A program made the translations under genes and the position numbers. A stretch of 64,000 nucleotides of DNA from Deferrisomatales bacterium (GTDB taxonomy: Bacteria > Desulfobacterota > Deferrisomatia > Deferrisomatales > JACRMM01). The notes beneath the pieces are model-generated. The model searched no databases and was not told the DNA's origin. It worked only from the letters and a program-made list of their open reading frames with translations. Positions 1 to 9,327 of the stretch are shown here, piece after piece (within the stretch, counting starts at the first letter, position 1; the number at the start of each line of letters is the position of its first letter). Where the stretch lies: the NCBI GenBank assembly GCA_033551855.1, contig JAWSUI010000013.1:1-64000 (forward strand), read 5' to 3'.

Positions 1-33
1 GGGTTCAAGGTGGACGACGAAGCACGGGCTTGA

Positions 34-120
34 GCCGGCTTTCAGCCGCAGAGCACCGGCTTCAGCCGCCATCGGCGACTTTCAGTCGCAATCCTCCCTA
101 CCGGCTGAAGCCGGTAGGGA
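34..120. repeat. Cluster of four short palindromes (REP-like)
   Basis: CGGCT-TTC-AGCCG (36-48), CGGCTTCAGCCG (57-68), GCGACT-TTC-AGTCGC (75-89) and a perfect 11-bp stem TCCCTACCGGC-TGAA-GCCGGTAGGGA (95-120), directly after a TGA at 31-33. Confidence 0.65.
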
Positions 121-127
121 GTTGAGT

Positions 128-203
128 CTCCGCAGTCGCGCGTTGATGGCCACAATCACCGGGGCGGACATCAGCACTGCGCCCAGGCGGGAGTGAGCAT
201 CCA
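128..203 (-). pseudogene. Remnant of the C-terminal helix of a heavy-metal (Cu) P-type ATPase
   Basis: Minus strand reads ...LGAVLMSAPVIVAINARLRR, resembling the P1B-ATPase C-terminal pattern PAxGAVLMSxSTVIVAINARLL; no upstream gene body. Confidence 0.5.
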
Positions 204-489
204 TATATTGTTAGCAAGGGCCGTGCCAGCTCGATTGGGCATTCGACGCGAGCAGGAGGGGAGCGGGGTGGAGACATTCCCGCAACGCTGTTGAGATGTA
301 TCCATCTGCGAGCTCTTCAACTGGGGTCAGCCCGGTTCCCCGGCTGTGTCCGCGACCCGCCCGCGCGGGAACGCCCGGAGAAGACCGAGCGCCGGGACGA
401 TCAGTCACCCCCCTCGTGGGGTCAACCGAACGAGCAACGCAGCCAGCCCGGATGTATCGGCGCACGGATGCGCGAGGTATTCCCGGTTT

Positions 490-575
490 AGGATGGTCCT
501 CGATATAGACCACCTGCTCTGTTGGGACCTGGGCAATGTCGAGAGTCAACCGGTTAATGTCTTCGGCTGGTGTTT
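490..575 (-). pseudogene. Fragment of HAD-superfamily hydrolase
   Basis: PAEDINRLTLDIAQVPTEQVVYIED resembles the HAD motif III/IV region (KP..IFRLALDIAQV....VVYIED); the flanks are unrelated. Confidence 0.4.
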
Positions 576-701
576 TCAACCAGTACAAAACTCACCGGGG
601 TTCCCTATGGTTGGCTCAGCGGTTTCCCAACTGGAATCCAGACAGCCGTGCGCGATGACGACAGGAAACCGAAGCACTGGGGGCAGTCAGAGACCAGTCA
701 A

Positions 702-1088
702 TCAGGCTGATGCCGCCTCCGTCATGATTTTGACAACCGCGTCCTCCACTTCGTGCGCCACCCCTTCCAGTTGCGGCGCGTTGAACATCGCCAGAAGAGT
801 GGTTGGCTTCAAGGCAGCAAGAATGGTCTTACCGCCCTCCTCGTAAATGGAGATCCGGCATGGCAGTGCGGTGGAGACGCTCATGTTTTGCTCGAGGACC
901 TTCTTTGCTTGCTGCGGCTGACAGACCTCGAAAATCAGACACTCACGGGCCAATTCCACGCCCTTCTTCGCCATGGTCTCTTTGAGGTTGTGAACCTGCA
1001 TGACGCCGAAGTGATTGGCCTGGACGGCACCCTGCAGGGCAGCTGCGGCTTCGCTCACGGTTTTGTCAGTGGGTAATTGGATCAGCAT
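702..1088 (-). CDS. DUF302 domain protein
   Basis: 128 aa; IFEVCQPQQA...ALPCRISIYEEGGKT pattern; AAGGAAG RBS. Confidence 0.85.
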   Translation of the reverse strand: MLIQLPTDKTVSEAAAALQGAVQANHFGVMQVHNLKETMAKKGVELARECLIFEVCQPQQAKKVLEQNMSVSTALPCRISIYEEGGKTILAALKPTTLLAMFNAPQLEGVAHEVEDAVVKIMTEAASA

Positions 1089-1142
1089 CGACTTCCTTTC
1101 AGCGGAAACGGTTGGCTTCGCAGGTGGTTGGTGAACACTCGA

Positions 1143-1268
1143 TTATTTCTTGGACAGCTTGGTGATCACGACGACCAGCAGGACCACCACCAGTACGCCG
1201 ATCACCCCCCACAGCCACATCCCCCCGCCCATTCCTCCTACCATCCATCCCCCCGTCTGGTTCATCAT
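1143..1268 (-). CDS. 41-aa Gly/Met-rich single-TM small protein (not in ORF track)
   Basis: MMNQTGGWMVGGMGGGMWLWGVIGVLVVVLLVVVITKLSKK*, preceded by a strong AAAGGAGG RBS. Confidence 0.75.
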   Translation of the reverse strand: MMNQTGGWMVGGMGGGMWLWGVIGVLVVVLLVVVITKLSKK

Positions 1269-1628
1269 GAAGCCTCCTTTCGTTGCTTTCGTTGCGCTGC
1301 GACCAACCCACCACTGGGTAATCTAGGCCGTGAGCGGAGGCAGCCGTGGCGGCGTCGAGCGCGAGTGTGTCGGCTTTCACGGGCATGTCCGGCAGACCTC
1401 ATCCCTGGGAGCGGAAACTTAGGGCTTCCCTCAGGGGGCGCGCCTACCACGGCTCCTATTCTGCTCAGGACCATTGGCCTGTCCCCAACTCATCCGAACG
1501 GCCCAGGCGCAGCCAAGGCAGGCTGAAAAGGCCGCTGATTTCAGATGCGGCATTTCCAGCCTGGTTGGAGAGGAGATGGCGACGCCGTTGGTTTTTGTAC
1601 TCGGGAATCATTTCTGTCTTTCTTGGTG

Positions 1629-2072
1629 TTACTTTTTAGCATCCCCATGCTTTTCGCCCATCTCCTTCATCATCGGACACGATGCCATGGATTCCTTGCC
1701 CATCTGCATATGTTGCATCATGTGCTGCATCATCTTCTCTTGCATCTTGGCCATACGCGCATCCATCGCGATCCGCTTCTCCACCATGCTGGTGACGACG
1801 GCGGCGAGCAAGTCAACCTTTTGATCTTTCGGCGCGCTGTTCATTTTGGCGAGTTGCGCGGTCAGTTCAGCGTCCTGGGCCTTCATGTCTGCCATCATCT
1901 TTTGCTTCTCGGCCTGCATCTTCTGGCATCGGTCCATCATTTCTGCCGCGGTCATGTCCTTTTTCTCCATGTGCGAAGCGGACTGCGCTTGGAGAGGTGC
2001 CCAGATCGCCAGCGCCAAGACCAAGGCGAGGCTGGAACGGATGATGCGACTCGTACACGTTGGTTGTTTCAT
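1629..2072 (-). CDS. Met-rich exported coiled-coil protein (possible metal-binding, ZraP/Spy-like)
   Basis: Signal peptide followed by a helical Met/Lys/Gln-rich sequence (KMMQHMMQHMQM...CPMM); GAAGGAG RBS before the ATG at 2072. Confidence 0.75.
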   Translation of the reverse strand: MKQPTCTSRIIRSSLALVLALAIWAPLQAQSASHMEKKDMTAAEMMDRCQKMQAEKQKMMADMKAQDAELTAQLAKMNSAPKDQKVDLLAAVVTSMVEKRIAMDARMAKMQEKMMQHMMQHMQMGKESMASCPMMKEMGEKHGDAKK

Positions 2073-2109
2073 GTCATGCTCCTTCTTCTGATGGTTGCTG
2101 TGTTTTGCT

Positions 2110-2124
2110 GCAGGCGCCATGCCG
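2110..2124 (-). promoter_or_regulatory. Candidate sigma54 (-24/-12) promoter
   Basis: CGGCATGGCGCCTGC = GG-N10-GC, about 40 nt upstream of the 2072 start. Confidence 0.45.
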
Positions 2125-2267
2125 GATGGGGATTTTGAAGTTGCGTTGTTCTCGCGGCTCATCCCTCTGTGCGATTTCGGCGCTCGCTTCAGCAGGGATT
2201 CAGGAGCTCCTTCGAAATTCGCCCACGAGAAACCCCTCGTAGAACCGACAAGTTTCGCCGGAGCAGC

Positions 2268-2408
2268 TCATTTCTTCTGCATCGATTCCCCCGCCTTCTC
2301 GATGTCCTTGCCGGCGCCTCTCCAGGTATTGCAGCCGGTCAATGACGAGACCGTGCCCGCCAAGAGCGCGAGCAGGGTGACCGTGAGGATGACGGTGCGC
2401 GTCTTCAT
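2268..2408 (-). CDS. Entericidin A/B family lipoprotein
   Basis: Lipobox LTGC followed by NTWRGAGKDIEKAGE; AGGAG RBS. Confidence 0.85.
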   Translation of the reverse strand: MKTRTVILTVTLLALLAGTVSSLTGCNTWRGAGKDIEKAGESMQKK

Positions 2409-2473
2409 GGGGCGGCTCCTCGCAATGGGTGTGCCCCCGCCCGGGACGATTCCCGGGCGGCCGAGTGGGTCGG

Positions 2474-3037
2474 TCACTTCCCCTGGTAGCTGAACTTCTG
2501 TCCGCCCACGGACGCTTCGAGCATCAGGCCCGCCTCGTCCATGACGAAGACCGCCACGCCGTTGTTGAACTGGGTGTTGGCGCCGACGCCCGACTTGAGG
2601 CCGACGGCAGTAGCCTGGGCGTCGAACCCGAAGCGGCCCTGCTTGAAGGTCTCCACGGCTTCTGTGGTCTCGAAGGCGATGATCTGGGTGTAGGACTGGG
2701 CGCCGAGCTGGAGGCCGAGGGTCGCCTGGCTCAGATCGCAGTAGCCCACGACCACGCCCCCCTCATAGAGCACGCCCTTGCCGTAGGCCCCGCCGACGCC
2801 CGCGCCGGCCTTGCCGACGGAGGGAAAGACGGCGTAGCCCGCCGACTTGTTGAAGATGTTGACCAAGGTCGGGTCGGTCTTTTGCGCCTTGGCCAGAGCC
2901 ACGGCGGCATCCTTCTCGATGTCGGCCTTGCCCTCCACCGAACGGGGCGCCGTCGCACAGGCGCCGAGCGCGCCGAGCGCCAGCAAGCCGATCGCACCCG
3001 CCAAGACTGCTTTCCATCTCACCAATGATCTGTTCAT
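2474..3037 (-). CDS. YSC84/SYLF lipid-binding domain lipoprotein
   Basis: Lipobox LGAC; FPSVGKAGAGVGGAYGKG...GLQLGAQ...GLMLEASVGGQKF. Confidence 0.88.
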   Translation of the reverse strand: MNRSLVRWKAVLAGAIGLLALGALGACATAPRSVEGKADIEKDAAVALAKAQKTDPTLVNIFNKSAGYAVFPSVGKAGAGVGGAYGKGVLYEGGVVVGYCDLSQATLGLQLGAQSYTQIIAFETTEAVETFKQGRFGFDAQATAVGLKSGVGANTQFNNGVAVFVMDEAGLMLEASVGGQKFSYQGK

Positions 3038-3175
3038 GACTGCTCCTTTCTACGAGGACCGTGACCGGAGACTTCCCGGCTTCCGGTCGGAAACGGCAAA
3101 CACCTGCGATGCACCCTGCCGGCTACGGAGCCGACAGCCCCAGATGGCCCTGCCCCGTGCAGGAGCGGCGGCAGC

Positions 3176-3394
3176 TCACCGTAACGCCCTGCGGCCACCG
3201 ACCGCGAGCAGCAGCAGACCCGCCACCGCCGCCGCTATGCCGCCGATGATGTACCACATGGTGGTGTCGGTGAAGCGCCCCGTGAAGAACTCGCTCAACT
3301 GGTCCGCCACCGATTCCGATGCGTTCATCCCGACTAGGAACAGGACCACGCCTACCGCCAACAAGACGATTCCCGCGATTCGCTGAGAGCTCAT
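3176..3394 (-). CDS. DUF3185 family small membrane protein
   Basis: Two TM segments around SVADQLSEFFTGRFTDTTMWY; GGAGGG RBS. Confidence 0.8.
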   Translation of the reverse strand: MSSQRIAGIVLLAVGVVLFLVGMNASESVADQLSEFFTGRFTDTTMWYIIGGIAAAVAGLLLLAVGGRRALR

Positions 3395-3572
3395 GGTTCC
3401 CTCCATCGGTACGAGCTTCGGAAGGCTCGGGTGCGTTCAGAAAGCTCCGCCTCGGTGCATGGCCGGCGCCGTGAATGCTCTCGCTCCCCGCCTCGGCCCG
3501 TCGAGACGCCGTCGCCTGTCCTGGGTGCGGAGGCGGCGCCGCGAGTGGTGAGCTTCTGCACCTCGTCCAGTC

Positions 3573-3587
3573 GCAACGAACGTGCCA
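3573..3587 (-). promoter_or_regulatory. sigma54 promoter
   Basis: TGGCACGTTCGTTGC, an exact match to TGGCAC-N5-TTGC, upstream of DUF3185-YSC84-entericidin. Confidence 0.7.
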
Positions 3588-3812
3588 AGAACGGTGCCGG
3601 GGCTCCACGAGGGAAAAGTCGGTATCTTTAGGGCGAAAAGTGGAGGGTGAGCGCGCGGGTGCAGGAGGAGAGCCGCGGAGGAAAGCCGTCAAATGTTGCG
3701 GGCTGCCAGATGTGACGGGCCGCGTTTACGCGTTTACGCGGCCACTTGCCCTCTCTGCACGTCCTCCCTCGCTGAGCGGGGATGCCGCTTTGCCAAGGGG
3801 CCGCGGGCCATC

Positions 3813-4715
3813 CTATGCACGGGTCCGTGGGGACACCAGCGCCTCGAAGCCGGAGATCACCTCGAAGAGTTCGGCGTCGATGCCGCTTTGGCGCAGGCGG
3901 TGGAAGGTTCCCTGGAGATTCTCCAACAGCTCGTCGATGTTCCGATCGGCCCGCTCCATGGCCGAAAGCCGGCTCGCGTTCTCGCTCGCGAGGGATTCGG
4001 CGCAGGCCCGGAAGAGCGAGACGAAGAGATACTCGCGGAGGAGGGCGCGCAGGGTCGCGGTGCCGTCACCCAGCACCTCGGGCAGGTTTCCTGTAGGCCA
4101 GGGCCGGTCGGCCAGCTTCCGGAGCCAGGTTGCGTCCAGCGGCAGCAGGCGCTGATGGGCGGGGGCATAGATCGCCCCGGAGGTGGGGCGGTTGTAGAAG
4201 AGGTGGAGCTCGGCAGTCTCGTCCCGGCCGCGCGAGGCCTCGCTCTCCACGAGAATCTGCCCGACGAGCGAGGCGATGGCTTTCACCGAGCTCGGCACGG
4301 GGAAGAGACCCAGCAGCGACAGGCCCGCGTCGGCCAGGCGCGCCTGCACGCGCTCCCCGACGGCCCAGACCTCGGCCTCGGCCGGCGCCAGGGCCGCCAG
4401 CGCCTTGACCGCTGCATCGGCGACCACATCGTTGAACTGACCCACGAGCCCCTGGTCGGAGCCGAACACCACCGCGCCCACCGTGCGGGCCGCCGCTCGT
4501 CGTGTTTCGTCCGTTATCGCTACCGCTGGACCGGCGCTCCGGAAACACACGCCCAACCCCAGCTCTACGGCGCGGTAGTAGTCGCCCAACGCCAGCACCG
4601 ACTTCTCGTATTGTCCAATGCTCGAAGCAGCCACGGCCTTCATGGTCCGGACGACGCCTTGCAGATCCTGGGCGCCGCCGATCTTGCGGCGCAGACTGGC
4701 CGTGGTCTCGCTCAA
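3813..4715 (-). CDS. atpG: N-type ATPase gamma subunit
   Basis: VVRTMKAVAA, GSDQGLVGQFN, ASENASRLSAMERA, RQSGIDAELFEV; the TTG start overlaps the stop of the HPF gene. Confidence 0.95.
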   Translation of the reverse strand: MSETTASLRRKIGGAQDLQGVVRTMKAVAASSIGQYEKSVLALGDYYRAVELGLGVCFRSAGPAVAITDETRRAAARTVGAVVFGSDQGLVGQFNDVVADAAVKALAALAPAEAEVWAVGERVQARLADAGLSLLGLFPVPSSVKAIASLVGQILVESEASRGRDETAELHLFYNRPTSGAIYAPAHQRLLPLDATWLRKLADRPWPTGNLPEVLGDGTATLRALLREYLFVSLFRACAESLASENASRLSAMERADRNIDELLENLQGTFHRLRQSGIDAELFEVISGFEALVSPRTRA

Positions 4716-5089
4716 GACCTCTCCTTGGATTCCGGTTCCGGTGCGGATAGGTCAGGGCCTGCGCGGCGACTGTGTTTCTTGTCGTGTCGTCCGATGGTGC
4801 GCTCGATCAATCGGGCCAACTTGCCCGCGGCGCCGCTGACGGCGAGGTCCAAGCTCGTCGCCTGGTGCGTCACGGCGATGGGCTGGAGGCCCGCGAGGCG
4901 GGCCTCCAGCATGCAACGCATGTCCTCATGGCCGACCTTCTTGTCGCTGTTCTGGTCGCTCAGGTGGACTTCCACCCGCGTGATGAGATCGCTAAATCGG
5001 CTCAGGGCATCTTCCACGACGCCGCTGATCTCACCGATCAGATCCTCGTGAGCGTTGATGTTGGGACCCGTGTTGATTTGAATCTGCAT
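4712..5089 (-). CDS. HPF/RaiA family ribosome-associated protein
   Basis: MQIQINTG...ITRVEVHLSD...RCMLEARLAG..PIAVT..A.SLDLAV.GA..KL.R. Confidence 0.88.
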   Translation of the reverse strand: MQIQINTGPNINAHEDLIGEISGVVEDALSRFSDLITRVEVHLSDQNSDKKVGHEDMRCMLEARLAGLQPIAVTHQATSLDLAVSGAAGKLARLIERTIGRHDKKHSRRAGPDLSAPEPESKERS

Positions 5090-5117
5090 GGTGTTCTCCC
5101 TTGTGATGGGGGTGGGT

Positions 5118-6281
5118 TCAATATCGATAGGTGGCGGCCAGACCCGTCCGCACCGGCATCTGGTCGCCCGGTACGACCATCACCCGCCCTCCCATCCTCT
5201 CGACGAGCTCGCCCAGATCGTCGAGTGGGTCATCGACATGTGGCTCGTCGAGGCCAGGAACTTCCACCCGGCCCGTCGCGCCGTCAAGCCGGCCGGCCAG
5301 CTGGCGGTCGGCCTCGATCAGCAGCGTGGCCACCCGGCCGGCATGGGCCGCTTTGGCAACTTCCGCCAGGTCGTCACTGCCGAGCCCTTTGGACTTCGCC
5401 ACGGCGAGCTCGTCGAACAATATCGCCAGTTGCGCTTGATACTGCGGTTCGACTGCTTGCCACGCGCGTTTCCGAAGCTCATCGATGGGCAGAACATCGG
5501 GGTTGATCGTGAGTCCCTCCTCCATCAGAAAGGGGTTGTGGCTGACTTGGCGGAAAATATGGTGATGCTCCGGCAGCGCCGCCAGAAGCAACGGCAGTCC
5601 CGACGGCCGGGAATGGTGCTCCAGCACGGCGCGGTCGATGGCTCGGCAAAACCGCTCCATGTCGATCTCCACCTCGTCCTTCTTCCCGCCGTGGCCGTGG
5701 CGCATGGCCATGCTGGAGACACCGGTGCCACCATAGGAGGCGACGGTCAAACGCGGGTCGGTCAGCTCGTCGCCCAGCGCCTCGGTGATCGTCCGCGGGA
5801 CGCCAGGTGCCAGGTCGATCTCGTCGAGCGCGTCGCGGTTTCCCTCGAAGAGCTGAATCTTCTGGAGGCTCAACCCCAGAACCTGATAGCGACCGACCGT
5901 TTGGAGAAAGCGTCGCAGGGGCTTGGTGTGGAAGCTGTCGGCCACGACGGCCAGTTCGGCGACCGGCCGCTGCATCTGGAACACTCGAAGGAAGCTCGCT
6001 CCGCTCAGCACGGCCAAGCCGTCCAGGGTGTGGTTCCAGAAGTCACGATCGTCGGCGAGGGCTTCAAACGGTTTCAAGAGGAGCCGGACCTCGGCGTCCG
6101 GATACTTCTGCAGGAGCGATGCCTCGAGCTTCTGTACAAGATTTCCAAACCGGATCGGATCCTGCTGATTCTCGGGATGGTGCCGATGAGTCGGCTGGTA
6201 AAGCGAGAGGAGCGGCGGCGGCCGAACCAATGCGAGCTCGCGCAGGGATTCGATGGTGGGTAGCGCAATCTTCTGCGGCAT
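5118..6281 (-). CDS. Bacterial archaeo-eukaryotic release factor homologue (baeRF3-like)
   Basis: LSLYQPTHRHHPENQQDPIRF, VVADSFHTKPL, C-terminal GRVATLLIE...DDPLDDLGELV...GG.V..TGLAATYRY; no GGQ. Confidence 0.8.
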   Translation of the reverse strand: MPQKIALPTIESLRELALVRPPPLLSLYQPTHRHHPENQQDPIRFGNLVQKLEASLLQKYPDAEVRLLLKPFEALADDRDFWNHTLDGLAVLSGASFLRVFQMQRPVAELAVVADSFHTKPLRRFLQTVGRYQVLGLSLQKIQLFEGNRDALDEIDLAPGVPRTITEALGDELTDPRLTVASYGGTGVSSMAMRHGHGGKKDEVEIDMERFCRAIDRAVLEHHSRPSGLPLLLAALPEHHHIFRQVSHNPFLMEEGLTINPDVLPIDELRKRAWQAVEPQYQAQLAILFDELAVAKSKGLGSDDLAEVAKAAHAGRVATLLIEADRQLAGRLDGATGRVEVPGLDEPHVDDPLDDLGELVERMGGRVMVVPGDQMPVRTGLAATYRY

Positions 6282-6516
6282 GTCCTGTCTCCTTGTTTGG
6301 GGCTCAAGTAGACCAAGTTTTCTGCTAGGTCCGGTCTATGGTTCCGATTTGGATTCAGATTTCAGTTGCTTCTTGGTGTATTGAACGAGACCCAGCTTTG
6401 GCCTTGATCCCTCTGTAGGTTGGAAGCAAGGGAGAAATCCTTGAGGAGCAGGAATCTTGAACAATGCGTCGAGTTTTTCTCCAGGGAAATGGTGGGTCCG
6501 CTTCGCTTGACCCACC

Positions 6517-7908
6517 TTACGGTTCTCTCCACAAGTTTTCTCTTCCGGCTCCCGGTGGTTTCTCGGGCGGCGGGACGACCGGTCCGATTTCCAGGGTTTT
6601 GCGCGCTCGCGCCAGCCGGTTCACGAACCTTGCCCGGTCGTGGGGGGACGCGATGGTGCGTTCGGCCAGGTCGGCGACCCACTGCACCTTTTCCTGCACC
6701 GCCCGTCGCCGGCTCGGGCTGGGGGTCTGCCCGGAGACTACCTGCAGCGCGCCGACCGTCCGCGACAGGACGGCTACGTTGCCCGCGGCATTTTGCCGGA
6801 TCTGGTCGAAGGCTTCGTCGAGGAGGCTCTCGAAGCTCGGGCCTCGGGCCATCACGCGCAGCTCCCCCTGATCCAGCCAGTGGGGAGTCGCGATCCGGCG
6901 GGCAGCCAGCCGGGACAGGATTGCCCCCAGGTAATCGACGCACATCACTGCAGTCGTGGTGTCGTTGATGCCGGGAGAGAGGGCTTTCAGGGCGATGTCC
7001 ACGATTTGCCGGATGCCGAAGGCTGCGTCCTGCTCTACCGTGCGATGGCGGCTGACGACGTAGACCGCGTTCAACGCGGCAGCCGTCTCGCCGACCCACC
7101 CGTCGCGTCCGTCGGGATCCGCGATGGAAACCAGCGGTGCGCCCTCGACGACGAACTCGCCGATGCCACGTTCCATCCGCAGGATCCCCCCGTGCTTCCG
7201 GGCAAGAGCCAGGAGCGCGTCCGCGTCGATGGTCTCGATGTACCCGGTCTTCCTGGCCGGGACAGCAAACCAGGACTGGTTCTCGAGAGACGTTGCGAGG
7301 TCGCCGTCCGCTTCTTCGTCATCCTCGTCACCCAGCGCCACGGGATACAGGTGATCCACGGCCGCAATGGTCTCCTGTGCGGTTGCGGCCACGATGCTCG
7401 ACGCCTGGATGGACACGGAGATGTGGTGGATGAAGTAGATCAGGAAGGCGATCCCGACGAAGGCCAGGAGCAAGCCGGCCAGCACCGCCAGCGACGGGAC
7501 GAACCCCACCTCGTCTCCCGCGCGAATCGTCCGAAGTACCACCAGGCAGTAGGCGAAGATCCCGACGAACACCCCGAGAACCGACTGGGTGCCGCGGTCG
7601 CGCATGAAGTTGCGGATGACCCGCGACGTGTATTGGCTGGACGTCAAGGAGAGGGCCACCAGGGTGATGGAGAACACGACCCCCGCCACCGTGATCATCG
7701 AGCCGGCGACGGCCGTGAGCAGGCCGCGGGCCCCGGCCGCACCGGCGCCGAAGAGCAGCGGCCACCGTTCAGCAACCTGCAGATCGAAACTCGCGTCGAC
7801 GGTGATGAGGACGGTGGCGAGCACCACGGCGCCCAGCACGAATCCTGCGGGTACGAACCAGAAGCTCGACCTGATTTCCTGTAGTTTATAGCGTAGTCTT
7901 GTTAGCAT
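6517..7908 (-). CDS. DUF2254 membrane protein
   Basis: SFWFVP, FSITLVALSLTSSQY, QDAAFGIRQIVDIALKALSPGINDTTTA. Confidence 0.9.
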   Translation of the reverse strand: MLTRLRYKLQEIRSSFWFVPAGFVLGAVVLATVLITVDASFDLQVAERWPLLFGAGAAGARGLLTAVAGSMITVAGVVFSITLVALSLTSSQYTSRVIRNFMRDRGTQSVLGVFVGIFAYCLVVLRTIRAGDEVGFVPSLAVLAGLLLAFVGIAFLIYFIHHISVSIQASSIVAATAQETIAAVDHLYPVALGDEDDEEADGDLATSLENQSWFAVPARKTGYIETIDADALLALARKHGGILRMERGIGEFVVEGAPLVSIADPDGRDGWVGETAAALNAVYVVSRHRTVEQDAAFGIRQIVDIALKALSPGINDTTTAVMCVDYLGAILSRLAARRIATPHWLDQGELRVMARGPSFESLLDEAFDQIRQNAAGNVAVLSRTVGALQVVSGQTPSPSRRRAVQEKVQWVADLAERTIASPHDRARFVNRLARARKTLEIGPVVPPPEKPPGAGRENLWREP

Positions 7909-8244
7909 TGCTTCTTCTTTTTATATTTTCTGCGTTTGTTCTGTCGTGAATTTGTCAAAACAATGAGTGTTTGGAGACGGTGCCGAAGATTGACGTAATT
8001 AAAAGAACCCCCTGATGGCGAATCGGCCGCAAGATATAGTGTTCAAGCAGCGGGTTCCACTCCTATATATAGTTGTCGCGCCGCACGCGAAGGGGTTCTT
8101 TCAGGTTCATCAAGATTGAATTCGTCATTCAATAGCCATGCCTGCCGTGCTTTTTCCTCGACGACGGCGGCTTTCCCGTGCAAAGTCAGCATCCAGATGT
8201 AAGCGATCACATGGACTCGCCAAGTCATCAAGAGTATGAATGTA

Positions 8245-9179
8245 TCAGGACCGTGGATCCATGCTTTCAAACAACTTTTCGGCATCCTCCCTACGGCACA
8301 ATTCCGTTCCCGGCGTCATGACGGCTGCCGTGCCGGCGGCCACGCCGAACAGGACGGATTCCCGGAGCGAATTGCCCCGGGCAAGGCTCAAGACGATACC
8401 AGCCACCATGCTGTCGCCCGCCCCGACCTTGCTGACAATCGGCACGGTCGGCGGCACGATGTGTTCGGCGAGCTCCTCCGAAACCATCAAGGCGCCTGCC
8501 GCGCCAAGGGAGATGATCAGAACCTCGCACCGGCCGCTCCTGACCAATTTCTTGGCCTCTGCCCCGATCTGTGATTTCTCTTTGATATCCTCTCCGACCA
8601 ACTTCCTGAATTCACCGACATTGGGCTTGATCAGATACACCCCTTCCTGAATCGCCTTTTTTAGGCTTCACCCGAAACGTCGACGATCGCTCTTGCTCCC
8701 CGGGCCTTTCCGACGCGCGCCACCCGTGCATAAAAGTCAGCGGGCACACCGGGAGGAAGGCTCCCGCTGGCCACCAGATAATCGGGTGGAGGATCGATGG
8801 CTGATAGTTCCTGAAGAAATTGCTCCCATTCTTGTTTCAGGAGCTCGGGCCCCGGCATTCCAAAACGATACTGCTGGCCGGTGGATTCCTCTAAAATGAC
8901 AAGGCTTTCCCGGATCAACCCCTCAATGCTAAACGGTCGATGGTCGAGGCCCTCCTGATCCATGAGCTCTTGAAGCCTCTCTCCTGTCAGCCCGCCTGCG
9001 GGATACGGGAGTACGGATTCCCCGCCCAACTTCCGGATTGCCCGGGAGACATTCACTCCGCCCCCTCCAGGCTCAAAACGAGGGGGTTCGCAGTACAGTT
9101 TTTTCTCGGCCACCACATGCTCTACGCTTGAATTCTTGTCGATCGCTGGATTCTAGGTGATGGTTACGATAGTCTTCAT
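8245..9179 (-). pseudogene. PfkB / 1-phosphofructokinase-family hexose kinase, disrupted
   Basis: MKTIVTIT*NPAIDK (TAG at 9153-9155), PGGGGVNVSR, a frameshift at about 8661, then LIKPN...VGAGDSMVAG. Confidence 0.85.
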
Positions 9180-9327
9180 CGATGGCTATCCATGCCTTTA
9201 CCTGAGTGAGTACGTCTTTCGAAACAGCCATTCCGTTCCGCCGACCGCCTGCGTCTAATCTAATTCCGCAAAACGATGATGCAAATGACGCAAACAGGCA
9301 GCCCACGCCTTCTAAATGAATAGTTTT

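Noticed and set aside
34..120. Repeats as a possible CRISPR array
   Set aside because: Units are short, non-identical and irregularly spaced, with no spacers or cas genes
3721..3740. Tandem CGCGTTTA repeat (also CTTTCGTTG x2 near 1277-1294)
   Set aside because: Only about two copies each; compatible with chance or slippage
8043..8285. 80-aa minus-strand ORF between DUF2254 and pfkB
   Set aside because: No RBS or motif; overlaps the pfkB end; cannot be supported as a gene
9153..9155. In-frame TAG in pfkB as possible pyrrolysine or readthrough
   Set aside because: The same gene also has a frameshift and the position is normally hydrophobic; pseudogene is simpler
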